A stretch of 64,000 bases of DNA, taken from positions 21,266,001 to 21,330,000 of the forward strand of contig CM068744.1 in the NCBI GenBank assembly GCA_035084275.1, written 5' to 3'. Source of the stretch: Hydrolagus colliei. Taxonomy: Eukaryota. A program made the translations under genes and the position numbers. Under the pieces are notes generated by a model, which did not search any database, had not been told where the DNA came from, and saw only the letters and a list, made by a program, of their open reading frames with translations. This document shows positions 49,015 to 63,140 of the stretch, one piece after another. Numbering within the stretch: position 1 is the stretch's first letter; each line of letters begins with the position of its first letter.

Positions 49015-51139
49015 AAGTAGAAAAATAGGAAACTGGATGAGTGAAATTATATGATTTAGGTCTTTAAAAAGCTGACAGACTTATAGAGATGTAAACAATC
49101 ATAATTTGATAGAATAGTAATGGAGGATATAGGTTTAGAAATAAAATTCTCAAATGGGAGCAGGTTTGTTTTATTGTTTGCCTACAGAGAATGAATGTAT
49201 ATAATGCACTCCCAATTCAAAACCACAAACTAGAGAAATATCTGCTTGTAAATAGTATTGGCAGAACAAGGAAGTATGAATCAACAAGATGCAATAAGAC
49301 ACTTAAGTTTCACAAGCGAATTCTCATTGCTATAAATGCTTGACTTCCTGAAAATAGTCTTATTGATGTGCTTTTGGAAAAGGACTATCACTGTTTTACA
49401 ACAGTTTACCTTTATATAGTTCCTTTCATATCAGGTGGACATCAACGGTTTTCACACAACTGAGTGGAGTTAAAAAGAGGTAGAGAAAGGTATCCAGAAG
49501 TACAGTTCTTAAGACAGGTGTTCAAGGCGTACAGAGCAGAGCAAGATTAGTGCAGTTGATCAGATGTTGACGTCTAAGCACAATAGAAAATCTTTGAAAA
49601 GAATTCCCCTCACAATACATTTTTGATACAGATTCTTTCAAAGTATTTCTTTTGACTTCAAGTTTTTATAGCTGCTTTTACGGAAAAAAACATTTGAATG
49701 TTAACTTTTCAGGTATGCAGGGTGGAATGAGACTGCATTTTTAAAAATGTAAAATTTTGTTAGATTAGAGCACATTAATAATCGTGAGCCACCTTTGTAG
49801 CATAAGTGCTTTCAAAACAGATGTGGACTACAGCTCATGTGTTCTGCTTAAAGAATGGTCCTTAATTCCTACCTGAAAAGAGTGCCTCCCCACTGCAAGG
49901 ACCAGCATAAATTGCCTTCACTGGGTTGAGTCTGGCTAACCTCACTTCACTTGAGATTTTTGCAGTTTGCAGAGGGGAGCCTTTCTCTCATCACTCTGAG
50001 CTTGAATAGAATGGAAAAATGATGAAGGATACTGTTTCCTAAACCACAGGTCAGACATTTTTTCTACAAATCTGCTTGCTCAGCAGCAAGTCTTACATAC
50101 CACAGTGAGACCTATTACATGCCCTTCACTAAATGTAGCTATTTTCACAATAAAAGATTTGCTACGCTTACTGAATAGTACATAAGCCCCAGTGTGTGAG
50201 ATTGATGCAGTATGCCTAAGGTTTGTACAAGCGCATATAAATAAAACATGTGACCAATTAGAGAGAAGTATTTACTAACCCTTGATCCAGTACAAGTGGG
50301 ACTTCACGGAGCGTTGTGAATATTTAAAATGTATGTAGATTGTCCCAGAAACCCATAGATGCTGAATAAAATTGAGATGTTTCAAGGGATAGACTCTTGT
50401 GAGTAAGAGTCATGGAGAAAGATGGGGAAATTGCATTAAAAAGATAAGAACTGCAATGAACTATAAATCCTATAAATTACTGATCTTCCAGAAAATCAAG
50501 GTAAGTTAGGATATAAACAGGACTAATGCAGAACAGTGAACACACAAATTATAATAATAATGATAGTATTGGATAATAATGGATACAAATGGTTTAAACA
50601 TCAGCATATTAATAACCATTGGAAGTCATTGCAATCATTTCTTGCTGGGTTAATATATTTGAATTCTTGCTGGATAGGGTTTAAGTTCCAATGCTTGCCA
50701 TTGTATCATTTTGTATATACGCCAGTCATAGTGTGATTTAAACATTTGCCAAGGAGATAATAATACATTAGTTCTTCTGGCAGCACATCAACCTTGTAAA
50801 ATTGCATTGTTCTCTCCCACTGGTCAATTTCACCAAGTTTAGGACCTGACAATGTAAGGAAGGAATGTAAAGAAATACCAAGGGAGAGGTGTCCAGCAAG
50901 GTTTGCAATTAGTGTCATTGAAATGAAAAGTCTTTGCTAAAGAACATGTGGGTAATAGGCTGGATGCCCATTACCTCTACTCCTCACACCCACATTACCA
51001 CCACTCCCCCAGGCTGCCGGGAACAGATTCATGTCTAGAAACGCATCCAGAATTGACCATTAGAAAGCTCTGCTCACTGGATTCACCAACGGCCCCCTCT
51101 ATAAGTTACAGACTTTATAGAACTCGGCAGCCTTGATCT

Positions 51140-51935
51140 GCTCCCCTACCTACCTCTTGTAATTTCCTAACCCCCTACCAACCTGCCTGCTCCCTCCATG
51201 CGGCGGGCTCCACCCTGCTTTACGATCCCCGGCGTGCCCGCCCCACCAACTGCTGGCAGGCCTTCAGCCATTCTGCCCATACTCTGGAATTCCATCCCGC
51301 AGTCCCTCCATCTTGATCCATCCCTTGCCTCCTTCAAGACCCACCTCAAGGCACTCCTTTTTGACCATGCTTTCGATCAACCTTTTTTTCCCTGTACCCT
51401 CCACACTCCCCAATCCCTACCCTCAGCTTGGGTTCGGAATACTGCAGGATGCGGGATGCTTTGGGACGTCCTCCCGATGTGGAAGGTGTTCTACAAATGT
51501 AATTTTGTTGTTGTGTTCAATACCAGGCTGAACAAGCCCATCCCCCCCATCCTCGTTCAGCTTCACTGGTTGTCACCTCATCAAGGATAGAATAGGAGAT
51601 CCTGATCCTCACACTAAAATTTCTTCATGATCTCTCGTAACTTCCCTGCCCTGGACTCTCCCCCTGCTCAGCAAACATCAGCCTACTTCATGACCCAAGC
51701 TTGATCTGCTCTTTCATTGCTGGGTGAGCTTTCCATCATGTTTTTCACTCCCTCCACTCAGTGGGCACTGGCCTGCTTCAGCCCCCCAACCTGCCTGCCA
51801 TAGCATCGTTGGTCAGTCGTTCAGCCTTTTTATCCTCTGGAACTTCATTCTAGTGTCTCTTTACCTGCCTCCTATCCTGGGTCCTGTAAGATCCATCTCA
51901 AAACCTTCCTCTTTGGTTACACCTTCGGTCATCTT
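51140..51935 (+). mobile_element. Two tandem L2 3' fragments (about 51140-51515 and 51530-51935)
   Basis: LWNSIPQSLHL...FKTHLKALLFDHAF and tail, then LVQLHWL fragment. Confidence 0.8.
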
Positions 51936-52549
51936 CCTATTCATCACCAAGATTAAAATATTTTTTTAAAAAAGAAAAAAGTGTTAAAGGCTCTTATGTT
52001 GTTATTGGGATGTCCCACCCTTTTCACAGATTGCATGTCTATGTCTTTACATTATCGAAGCAAAACACAACAAAGACAGCAGTTTTCATTTAAGACAATT
52101 ACACTTAGAAAAGTATGTTTTGTTCATAAAACTATGAACCTGACTATTTATAATTTCATTCCGTCATGTGCTTCTAATTATATCCTTACAGTTGTACGCT
52201 ATTACTGAATTATCTTTATTATGTACGCTTTGCTTTTCCGTGTGTGCCAAGATAGACTCAATACATCATTTATCACAGCAGAAAAAAAATTATACCGAGG
52301 CTAACTATGGTAAGCTAGACACAATTTGTGTTTGGGACGTTATTTCTGTGAATGTGCCAGTTACTGCCTAATGTGTTAGTGAGTAGACTAGGAGGCTATC
52401 ATGCGCTATTTTTTGACCAATGAATTTCTCATGGTGATTATAATGGGGGGTGGGTGGGGGGTGGGGTGGTGGGGAGCAACTAGGTTTCACATATAGTAAT
52501 AGTGAATACAAGAGCCAAGAATACATTTGTACAACATCAATTAGACAGA

Positions 52550-52880
52550 CGAGAGAGACTATTGCATTTTGGGTATCAAGTTTGGTATCTCATTACAGAA
52601 AAGACAAAGCTATGGAGAGAATGTAGCAAAGATTTACTAGGATGATATCAAGGATGAGAGGTTATGATTACGTAGGCACTATTTTTGCTGGAACAAAGAA
52701 AGTTAAAAGAAGATCTAATAGATATTTTTTCAAAATTATGAACGTTTAAAAAGGTTAAGGAAACGGGATTTGTGTTCCTGGCTGAGAATCATTAATGCTA
52801 CAGTAGAAAACAATAAAATTAAGGACCTCAAAAGACGTTGTGTAACATAATATGCTGTGAATTATGGAATCTTTACCAGA
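52550..52880 (+). mobile_element. Decayed CR1 ORF2 3' fragment
   Basis: AGATTTACTAGGATGATA...CTGGAACAAAGAAAGTTAAAAGAAGATCTAATAGA, similar to the 18380-18781 copy. Confidence 0.7.
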
Positions 52881-52924
52881 AATCGGTTGTTGGTATTAAG
52901 GGTTCAAACCCATATCTGTCAGAT

Positions 52925-53502
52925 GTCACTCTCTCCTCGTCGACCTTCCCAGTTCCTCTCTTCACAAGCTGCAGATTATTCAGAACTCTGCAACTCGTGT
53001 ACTCTCCTGCACTAGGCTCCGTGATCACATCACTCACACCCTACCCTGTCTCCACTGCTCCATATCCTCCAGAGTATCAAATTCAAGATTCTCGTCCTTA
53101 CCTTCAAGGCCATTCACGATCTTGCCCCCGCCTATCTCTCCGACCTGCTATCTCCCTATCAGCCTACCCATCCCCTCGCTTAGCACACTCCAGCCTGCTC
53201 CACGTCCACCGCCCTAACCGCCCCAACATCGGTAGCTGGGCTTTCAGCCTCTCTCCTCCCACACTGTGGAACTCCATCCCGCAATCCCTTTGCCTTACTT
53301 CCTCCTTCAAGGCTGGTCTCAAAACTTTTTTCTTCGACCGTGTCTTCTGCTCCCCTCCTAACTCTTTCCCCTTTCCTACTCTCCTTCCGATACCCCGACC
53401 CTTCCCCCCTGCTGGGGCCCCGACTTGATTGTTCAGCGCTTTGGGATGTCCTCCCGATGTGAAAGGCGCTCTGTAAATATAATTTTGTTATTGTTGTTGT
53501 TG
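52925..53502 (+). mobile_element. 5'-truncated L2
   Basis: PTLWNSIPQSL...FKAGLKTFFFDRVF; stem-loop and (TTG)n tail; same subfamily as 12895-13330. Confidence 0.9.
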
Positions 53503-53924
53503 TCATGACCAACGCGCGACCATCCTGCTGAAGGGGAGGCAAGCGTGTCTCCTGGACCTAAACTGGCTCCAAGCTGATATATTTGCCAATGGAATATCAG
53601 AGTCAAGCCAGCTCTCTGTGGCAGTCTCAGTAGTCCATTTCCTGAGACAGATGGGAAATGTATTTCAGCAGTATTTCATGGCACTGTTGTTGACGGCACA
53701 GCCAGCCTGGCTCATTGGCTCAACTTGGAAGCGCAGGGCAGTCACTGAGGGCAGAAACTCCTCGCACTCATCTTGCATTAACACTGCAAGCCAAAGCCCT
53801 AAAGGGTAGTGCGATTCAAGCTGACAATGTAGAACAAGCTATATGGTTTTTGCTTTCCACCAGAGGAAGAATACGCATTCCATTCTAACAAACATCTCTT
53901 GAATTTCCATTTGGAGGTGAGGTA

Positions 53925-54185
53925 CCCACCCACCCACTATTGTTGGGCGAGCCTTTAGCCACTCTGCCCCCAACCTCTGGAACGCTATCCCGCAGTCCCT
54001 CCACTTCGCCCCCTCCCTGGCCTCCTTCAAGTCTCGCCTCAAGACTCCTCTTCGATGGACCCATCGGCAACTCCTAATCCCTCTCGTCCCAACCACACAC
54101 CCCCAGCTCAGATCTGAAACAGTAACTGGCCAGCACCTTGGGACGTCCTCCCGATGTGAAAAGCACTATACAAGTGTAATTTTTT
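53925..54185 (+). mobile_element. Short L2 3' end
   Basis: GGGCGAGCCTTTAGCCACTCTGCCCCCAACCTCTGGAAC... and tail. Confidence 0.88.
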
Positions 54186-55324
54186 ATTTTGGTGTGGGGG
54201 ATGCACAGAACTCTCAGTTTAGTTTGGACATTCTTAAGTATGGTGATGGGTTTCCACATGTAACAGACATTCGGGTAACCCAGAAAAAAGCCCATTGACC
54301 TTCTTCTGTACCACAAACATCATATGATTCTCCATGACAAAATGGTCACTTAATATACCTAGAATATGTAAAATAAATGCAGAGTGGTGCAATGGCAATT
54401 TACCATTTGTTTGACATGTCTTATTGCTGTCTTTGCTGTTGCTCTCATTCGTTTTTTAAAAAATAACCTTGGGAACAAATAATTTCCTGCAATAAATTTT
54501 GCGAAGAATTTCTCGACAAATTAGTCTGTTCTTTTACGTGTTCCTGGGTAAAATACAAAACAACCCATTGAACACATTGAGTCCATAATGCTCAAGTTTG
54601 CATGAAATTTTTCACCAATATTTCTGCCTGGTTGGCGTTTCACAAAATATTTCTCTGGTTTTGTCATGAAATGGATCCAGTAGCAGGATTTGTGCTTTTC
54701 CCCCAAATTAGCAAACTGTTTGCAATGTCAAATTTGATTAATTGACTGAGTAGGATATGTAGAGGGTGATTCAGATAAGTGGATCCGTGCATTTGTAGAT
54801 AAAGGGCATGATGATATTGATCCTTTCATGTGGAGCAGTGTTGCTCTGAGACTCCGTCCGGCGTGGAAGGCGCTAATATAAATCAAAGTTGTTGTTGTTG
54901 CTGATCGGCAAGTGGACCTGTAAGAAAACAGGTGGAGATCAGTTTTCAGAAGGTTTAATTTGATTGTTCCATATCAACTTTCAAAGTTTAATTAAATCCA
55001 GATCTTAATTTGAAAGTACTTGTTTGATTTTCAATCCAATTCAAATTGGAGCCTTTAAAGGTCTGTCTTTTGTGATCATGACTGTTTTCACAATGAATAG
55101 CTGTCTTTAATTGCCAGTCACTTTCCAAAGTCTTGCATGCTAATAAGTCTTTATTTGTTCTGCTCCTTTGGTTGTTATCTCTTGAAGTCGATGACTTGTG
55201 TGAGGAATGTAGTTTCATGGATGGCAGCAACCCTCAGTAGTCCTTCTAAAATGATCATTCTTGTGTGAGTGAGACCAGGTGGCCTTTCTGCCTGAGGGGA
55301 ATCACACCTGAGTCTGACCCTGTA

Positions 55325-55810
55325 CCTATCATAGAATCTTACAGCACAGCAGAAGACCATTCTGCCGTTCCTCCCTGTACCGGCTCTTTGAAAAAGCCAT
55401 CCAACTCTCCTGCCCTCGCTCCATAATCGTCTAATTCTTCCTTTTTAAGTACCTATCCTGTACAATTCCCTTTTGAAAGCTATTATCAAATCTGCTTCAG
55501 GCAGTGCATTCCAGACCGTAACAACTCTGTGTGGGTAAGAAAATGTCTCTTCGCCTCCCCTCTGATTCTTTTGCCAATTGTCTGAAACCTGTGTCCTCTG
55601 GGCACAAGCCCACCTGCAAGAGGAAACAGCTTCTCCCTATTTAATCTATCAAAACCCCTTAGAATTTTGAACACTATTAAATCACCCCTTAACATTCTCA
55701 GCTCTAAGGAGAACAAACCCAGCCTCTCTCATTTCTCCACATAATTGTTGCTTATCCTGGTATCATTCTGGTAAATCTCCTCTGCCCCCTCTCCAAGGCC
55801 TTGATATGCT
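55325..55810 (-). mobile_element. CR1 3' end
   Basis: FSLELRMLRGDLIVFKILRGFDRLNREKLFPL; ATCATAGAATC tail. Confidence 0.88.
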
Positions 55811-57111
55811 TGCACTTCCAGCGGCCAGTTATCTGATAACAATACAAATTAGGTATTTCTTCTCTTCCCACGTTTCCTGCTCTCAGACATTCTTGGACTC
55901 TGTCCATATTGTAGAAGAAGCGCTCCGCCCACCCCCACCTCTGATACTCCCTTCACCACCAACACCACACACACACACCACTTAGGCTGAATGACCAATC
56001 TTATAAGATTGACTGTTGATTACTGTAAACTGTTGAGAAGGAAATCCGCTCATTCTTTACAAAATATTTGAAGTGTCAATTTCCCCCTTTGTTCGCCCAC
56101 AAAAACAGTCACTACACTTTACAGTCGATCTTGTGAAGCACTTTAGTATGAAAGGTGCTTTTTCAGCAACAAGGATTATTATCATTTTATTTGTCTTATT
56201 TCAATATTCTCCTGAAAAAGTCACTTTGTAATCTGTGTAAACACAAAAACAGGATTCTCTCAAATTCCAAATTAACAAATTGTGACGATATTGGAACAGA
56301 TATGACTTTTTACCCCCAAAGAGTTGCTGTAATGTGGAACAGAGTCACAGCAAAAGCAGGTAAGGTTGTTTTAATTAACTTTTCCGAAGAGGAGCCAAAT
56401 CAATTTCTGGTGAGGTACAAGACTGGAAGTTATTAGAGTCAGTCTAGACTGAGATGATTGAATAAGCTGTATAACATACAGTAATAACTCCTGCCATGCT
56501 GCAGGGGAGGTAATAGCAGGCTAGGGTTCAATTATGAGTTGTGGTGAGTTTTGTTTCATAATCTTTAGGGGATTATGGAGTATTTATTTTGCTCGGGTAC
56601 CAAGCCAGTATTGAAATGCCTTGGGACATTTTTGCAACATGAAAACTGCTATATAGAAGTCAATTTGTATTGTTTGTTGGGAGAATGAGGAGGAGGAATG
56701 GGATCTGTGTTATGCAGCATGTGACAGGAGAAAGCTTGAAGAGCTAAAAGCCAAGTTTCATTCCGTGCCAATGTTCCTTTTCTACACTGTATAAATTTGA
56801 TTCTTATTAACATAATGAAATAACATTATAATTTGCATACAGTCATGTCCCACTTAATCAATGAGAGGATAAATTTGTAATATTAAGCATACACTTCGTC
56901 CTTTGTGAAATAAGTTAACAAAATCAACAATCGGGTTCAAAGTTTGATATTTAGTAATTGATGATTATCACATCAACTAAAACCATGGTCAGACTCATTA
57001 ACAATTACCGAGCGGTGTTGGGATGGAAACTACACTCAGACTTGGACACAATGGTTGGGTTTCAAGATTCCACCAACCCCCAATGGATGCTGAACCACTA
57101 GTTCATAACAT

Positions 57112-58290
57112 CCACAAAATTACATTTGTGTTGCATCTTTCACTTCGGGAGGACATCCCAAGGCACAGAACAATCTGTGTTTTGAATCTGAGCTGGAGTT
57201 TGGGATCAGGGAGGGTGGAGGGCAGGGGCTGATGGAGGGTGACTAAAGGCATGGTCAAAGAGGAGAGTATTGAGATGGGTCTTCAAGGAGGCAAAGGGAG
57301 GGGGCGGGGTGGTGGTATTGCAGGATGGAGTTCCAGAGGGTGGCAGAGTGGCAGAAGGCCCACCCAGCACTGGTGGAGCAGGTGAGATGAGGGAAGAAGC
57401 AGGCTGGAGCCCACGGGGTGGGGTGGAGCGAGCGGGCAGGCTGCTAGGAGGTTACGGATTTGCAGTGGAGGGGGAAGCAAGGCTATGGAGGGTTTCGAAA
57501 GAGAAGACCAGGATCTTGAACTGTATCTTCTGTGTGATGGGAATCCAGTGGATACTGGCAAGGATGTGGGTGAGAGGGTGAGGGAGAGGACACAGGCTGC
57601 AGAGTTCTGGATGCTCTGCAGCCTACGGAGAGAGGAGTTAGGGAGGCTGACAAGCAGTGAGTTTGCGTGGTCGAGTCTGGTGGCCTGAGCTGGGTGATGT
57701 TGCAGAGGTGGGGAAGGCAGAGAGGATCATGGCACAGATGTGAAATAGAAAGGATAGTCGAGGGTCAAACAAGATGCCAAGGTTCTGGACTGATTTAGTG
57801 AAGTGGAGTGTACATCCTTGATGATGATGCCATCTGTGACTGAGGTGTGAAGGCACTGATGGGAGCCAATCAGGAGGGCCTCAGTCTTCTTGATGATCAA
57901 CTGTAGAAAGTTAGCTCTCATCCAGGACTTGATGTCTATCAGACATTCTGTCAGGACAGCAGTGGTCCTGGAGCCAAGGGTGGAGGCAGAGCGATAAAGT
58001 TGGTGAAATCTGAAAACATGTAGAAATTGTCTGCATTTGATAGCACAAAGTGGGAGCATGTAGATATTGAAGAGGTGGGAACCAAGAATAGAGCCCTGAG
58101 GAACACTGCGTGGAATGGTGGTGGAGGCTGGAGGAGAGAGAAGTCTTTTGTGGAGTTGAAGTGGAGACGGTGAACCATTCTGAACCATTCAATGACAGAA
58201 CCACGAATGAGGTGTGAGGAGAGGCAGTGGAGGAGGGTCGAATGGTCAGGCATTGAAGGCAGAAGAGAGGTCAAGGAGGATTAGGAAGAA
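57112..58290 (-). mobile_element. L2, RT domain to tail, frameshifted
   Basis: SVPQGSILGSHLFNIYMLPL...CLIDIKSWMRANFLQL. Confidence 0.9.
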
Positions 58291-58297
58291 GAGGGAG

Positions 58298-58540
58298 CTT
58301 CTAGATGTCTCAAAAGTGCTTCACAGAATATACTGTAGAGTGAAATGACTGTATATTTGTGTGTGAAACACAGCACCCAACTGCACACAGAAATGTCCCA
58401 CAAACAGTCGTGGATTGAGTGACCAAATTTTATTGTTTTTATCTGGAGGGATTATTACTAGGCATGTGGAGTAAGGAACCTTGCCCTGCTGGGAAACAAA
58501 TACAGGTTTCTAGCTTGCGAGACAGGTGCTCTTACCAGTG
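58298..58540 (-). mobile_element. DeuSINE-type SINE (others at about 61547-61905 - and 12238-12470 -)
   Basis: Core CCCACAAACAGTCGTGGATTGAGTGACC and head remnants. Confidence 0.8.
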
Positions 58541-59991
58541 ATACCACTCAAACCATTTTACAGCCATAAACACTGTGTACACCTTAATCAAAACTGTCAC
58601 AGAAAACTGTGATGAGCCTGTTTATGACAACGATATCAACGATAAGAGATTCACCCCTAAAATATATATGCCCATGCAAGATCTTTCCGATGAGATATAA
58701 GTGAAGTCTCTATGTCAATCGGTTATTGAGCTCTGTCACACAGACAGACGTTACATTTTCATTATAGATATATCTATAAATAGGATAAAAATCACCAGCT
58801 TTATCTCTTTAAAATTAAGAATGCTTCAACCAAAGACATATAAATCCTACGTGTAAATATGAATAAAAGATATGAATCTTATACAGGTATGTGTATTTTG
58901 AATGCCTGATTTGAGAAGGAGTTAAGTTTAGTTTCCCCCAAAGACAAGGATGGGAGAAATAATGTCACTGAACTAAGTGTAATTGCCTCTCTGGCTTCCC
59001 TTAATTTCAGACACAGAAATACAACCAGTCATCTGGTGTTAAGTTGACAAGTATTATCAATGAAGGAAATAAGATTGTGTACAAACCTAAAGCCACATTT
59101 TTTTTTCTTTTCATACTCAGGTTTACCTGACTTATTAAGTAGGATCTGCAACGTGCCACTATAATAATATGTTATAAACTCATCTCTGTTAATAGAACAC
59201 ATTTCAATGAAGAAGCCAGATTCATCCATGCTGGAGAAACGCACATAATACTGTGTGGAGTGAATTTATATGACCATAACGTTAGCAAAGACAACCCATA
59301 AATAAACCAAAGCATCAAAAGGAACAATATTGCACTTTTTAACCTGATACTCAGGATTAAGCACTGCTTGGAAAATACGCTGCTAAAGTAGCAACCTTAG
59401 GCATTCATAAAGTAAGACTTTTCCGTGGCATATCAATTTATATGTTACACATGTTGTGTCTCTTGTCCACGGAAAGCAGAAATCCCTCATAGATAAGCTT
59501 CCAGAACTAACTGGAATAAAATTCATGTTACAATAATAATCCTAGCATTTGATTTAATTAACTGCTTGCTTTATAACATTATTGGACTGCTCCAAGTGAT
59601 TCACAGGATTTACTGTAAGTGTAGTGACGGTATTTGTAAATAATAATTGGCTACTACATTTTGATCACAATATTAAATTGGTCATTTTAATCCACGATTG
59701 TTTGTGGAACACTGCAGTGCGCAAGTGCGCAATTGGCTGCTGCATTTTGTCCACAGATATACATTTAATTGACTTTACAGTATATTTTGTGGTCCTTTGA
59801 GAAGTCTAGAAGACGTGAAAATCTCTATATCAAATGCAAGCATCATTATTATTAAAATTGGGCAAATGCTGCAGAACAAGTACTGTAATACTGTACATTG
59901 AAGGGTGCACAGAAAGAATAGAGGAATGGGATTAAAGTAAACACCTCCAGGGAAAAACTATTGCCAAACAATGGGCCAAATGGCTTCTTTG

Positions 59992-61263
59992 TAGGGTCCG
60001 TCGATATGGAAATTTTCCGATATCGATATATCGGCGGGCTGACGTGCTCATATCGATATATATCGATATTTCCGAGTTTTTTATACTGCTCATGCGTGTG
60101 CATTCAGAGGTGCGCGCGCATTCGGAGCACTGAACTAAAAGACCTTTTAGTTCAAACTGCGGAAGTCAATTCTATTATATTAGACTTTTTTTTAGAAAAA
60201 GTCTCTTAATTGCAAGCTTACTATTAAAGCAATCAGGTTAGAATTGCATCTATGTCTTATTAATAGATGTACTTGAGCCCTATGTTCTTTTTTCAAACAA
60301 TAAAACGTTCAAAATAAGGCTTGCTTTAAAAAGACGACACAGTTATTTAGGTATTTTAATCAAGTACTTTGATTTCAGTATAGAAACAAAATATTTTAGA
60401 AATTAGTTTAGATGTTGAATATTTTATTACAAACCCATATTATATGCCACTGGCAAGTCTGTGCTTTTATTATTTTTTTTAAAAAGAAAAAAAGTGTTTT
60501 ATTATGCATTTGCTCTTGCAAAGGTTAACTAACATTCCTTACATTTAAGAATAATTCACACGTTCGTTCAACTCACTCACTCTCACTCACTCACTGCCTA
60601 AAATAGATAAATGCTTAACACATATAATATTGCAATCTAGCTCCTCTAAATTACCAGATTCCCAATGTATAGGACGCAGTGGATGGAATAGCGTTGGCGG
60701 TGAAGCCCAAAAGTAAATCATTGCAACTCGACATTTTTTCTCTCCTCTCTTCTCTCCCCCCCCACCCCACTCCACCCTCACACACCCCCCTCCACTACCC
60801 TCCCCCACTCCCCAACCTCCCACTCCCCAAGCCCCCCACTCCCCTCCCTCTGGCTCCCCAATCCTATCACCCACTGTTAAGAGAAGAGACAAAGAGACAA
60901 GCTTTTAGTTTTTTAGTTCAATGATTCGGAGATGCGTGGCATTCGGGGGTGCTTGGCATTCGGGGGTGCGCGCGCATTCGGGGGTGCACGCGCATTCCGA
61001 TGTGTGCGCGCATTCTGATATGTGTGCGCATTCTGTGCTCTAGGCCCAGGAGGTTTGCAATGTCGGCGACAAGGTAAGCTGGAAAAGATCGCATTATACC
61101 GATATAACCGATTATATCGATATATCGCCGGACACGATATACCGTTATTTTCGATACATTGATTTTTTTCGATATACCGATATTTTTGAATTTCCGATAT
61201 CGGCATATTGATATGAAAAATTATATCTATATAACCGATATATCGATATATCGCCGGTCACTA
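59992..61263. mobile_element. Non-autonomous hAT element, 1272 bp, 8-bp TSD, related to 32569-33364
   Basis: Ends TAGGGTCCGTCGATAT versus ATATCGCCGGTCACTA; CTTCTTTG at 59984-59991 and 61264-61271; repeated TATCGATA. Confidence 0.9.
60935..61035. repeat. Short tandem repeat of about 18 bp (GCGCGCATTCGGGGGT-like) inside the hAT element
   Basis: GCATTC recurs about every 17-18 bp. Confidence 0.85.
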
Positions 61264-62269
61264 CTTCTTTGTATAACTTTTTATCTTTTTATAAATTTAT
61301 AAACACTGTACTACATTCCAATTTACCTTTAATTTGTTGAATGAAACAAAATTCACAAGTTAATGGCCACTGAGAAGTCTTTGAATACTGGTCACAGAAG
61401 CAATGGTTTACATATGATAAGCAATCTCTTGCCTATTTATATATGAGGAAAAAATTGTAGAATTGCACAATTGCAGAATTTTACTGCCTGTCGCATGTTG
61501 TTAATTGTGCTAATCTGAGTATTTCAATTGTGTGATTGTGAAGAATATAATAATCCTTCCATTTGATATAGCACCTTATCGTGTTCTTGAGACGTTTCAG
61601 TGATTCAAAAAATATACTGTAATGTGAAATCACTGTATATTGTTGGGATGAAACGCCGCAGTCAATTGCACATAGCAGTGTCCCACAAACAGTCAAGGAT
61701 TGAGTGAGCATCATTTTTTAAGGATTATGACCTCCCAGAAATTGTGCCTGCCAATTGACTAACAACATGGTTCCTACTTACAGCTAGATAAGCAGAGGCT
61801 TGTTGAGTAAGGAAAGTTGCCCAAGCTTTTGCTTCGCCCGAGAATCGAACCGGGGTCCTCTCGCTTGCGAGACAAGTGCTTCAAACAATACATGACTGGA
61901 CTCCCGGATAGTCATTGTGAAGCAAGGTACATGTTAGTTAGTTACCATTCTCTGCATGTCATTTCTTTTCACCAGCAAACAGGAAACACGGCCCACATAT
62001 TCTAATTAGACCACGATGAGACACTGTGAATGATTTATAGTGAATATGCATTTATCTCCACAAGCACCAAGGTTTTAAAACTAAGTTAGCCTAATAATGT
62101 TGACCTTTCTAAAAGATAAAGTCAGATTATCCTATGAGGCTTCCAACAAGCACAAATATTGAAGGCTTCCATAAATCAGTCTAAACTACCAAAATTAGGC
62201 ACCTCAATAACAAAAGCTTCATTAACAGTGAAGTGAAGTGACTCATAGTTTGACAAAATTATCTTTACT

Positions 62270-62520
62270 TATAATGATAGAATCACAGAATTACACAGCA
62301 CATTCGGCCCATCGAGCCTGTGCCAGCTTTTTGAAAAGAGCTGTCCAAATCAATCCCACTTCCCCACTCTCCCCACTTACCCCACCTTGTCTTCCTCAAA
62401 TAATTATCTACTTCCCTCTTAAAATTTTGAAACAAATCAGCTTCCCTTCGAGGCAATGCATTCTAGTTGCAAACAACTCGATGTATGAAAACATTTCTCC
62501 TCATCTCCCCTCTGTTTATT
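62270..62520 (-). mobile_element. Decayed CR1 3' tail
   Basis: ATAGAATCACAGAATTACACAGCA...CATTCGGCCCATCGAGCCTGTGCCAGC. Confidence 0.75.
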
Positions 62521-62589
62521 TTAACAACTAAAACAGTTTTTAGCAAGCAAGAGACCTGGGTTCTATTCCAGGCAAGGCTATACCTTGGA

Positions 62590-63140
62590 CAACAACAACA
62601 AAATTACATTTGTATAGTGCCTTTCACATCAGGAGGATGTCCCAAGGCACTGGACAGGTTACTGCTTCAGACCCAGCTAAGGACAGAGGTTTGAGGGAGG
62701 AGGAATCGCCAATGGGACCATTGAAGAGGAGAGTCTTGAGGCAAGACTGGAAGGAGGCCAGGGATGGTGCGAGGCTGAGGCACTTCAGGATGGAGTTCCA
62801 GAGGTTGGGGGCAAAGTGACTGAAGGCTCGCCCGCCAATGATTGGGCGGATGGGACGGGGGAAATGGAGCAGGCCAGAGTCTGCTGAGCAGAGGGGGCGG
62901 ACTGGTTGGTAGGATGGGGCGAGGTTGTGGAGGGCTTTATATGTGAGGACCAGGATCTTGAATTGGATCCTCTGGGTGATGGAGTCGGGCAAGGATGGGG
63001 GAGATTGGGTCACAAAGTTTGGAACGGTAGAGGATATGGGTTGCAGAGTTTTGGATTATCTGCAGCCTGTGGAGGGAGGAATTGCGGAGGCCGACCAGCA
63101 AGGCATTTGCATAATCGAGCCGAGATGTAATAAAGGCGTG
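62590..63140 (-). mobile_element. L2 3' portion inserted into a + strand SINE (62540-63375)
   Basis: ITQRIQFKILVLTYKALHNLAPSY...LKTLLFNGP; TGGACAA at 62586-62592 and 63139-63145. Confidence 0.9.

Noticed and set aside
52445-52474. G-rich tract with G4 potential
   Set aside because: Isolated simple repeat with no supporting context.
60935-61035. Short repeat array resembling CRISPR
   Set aside because: Contiguous degenerate tandem units with no unique spacers, inside a vertebrate transposon.
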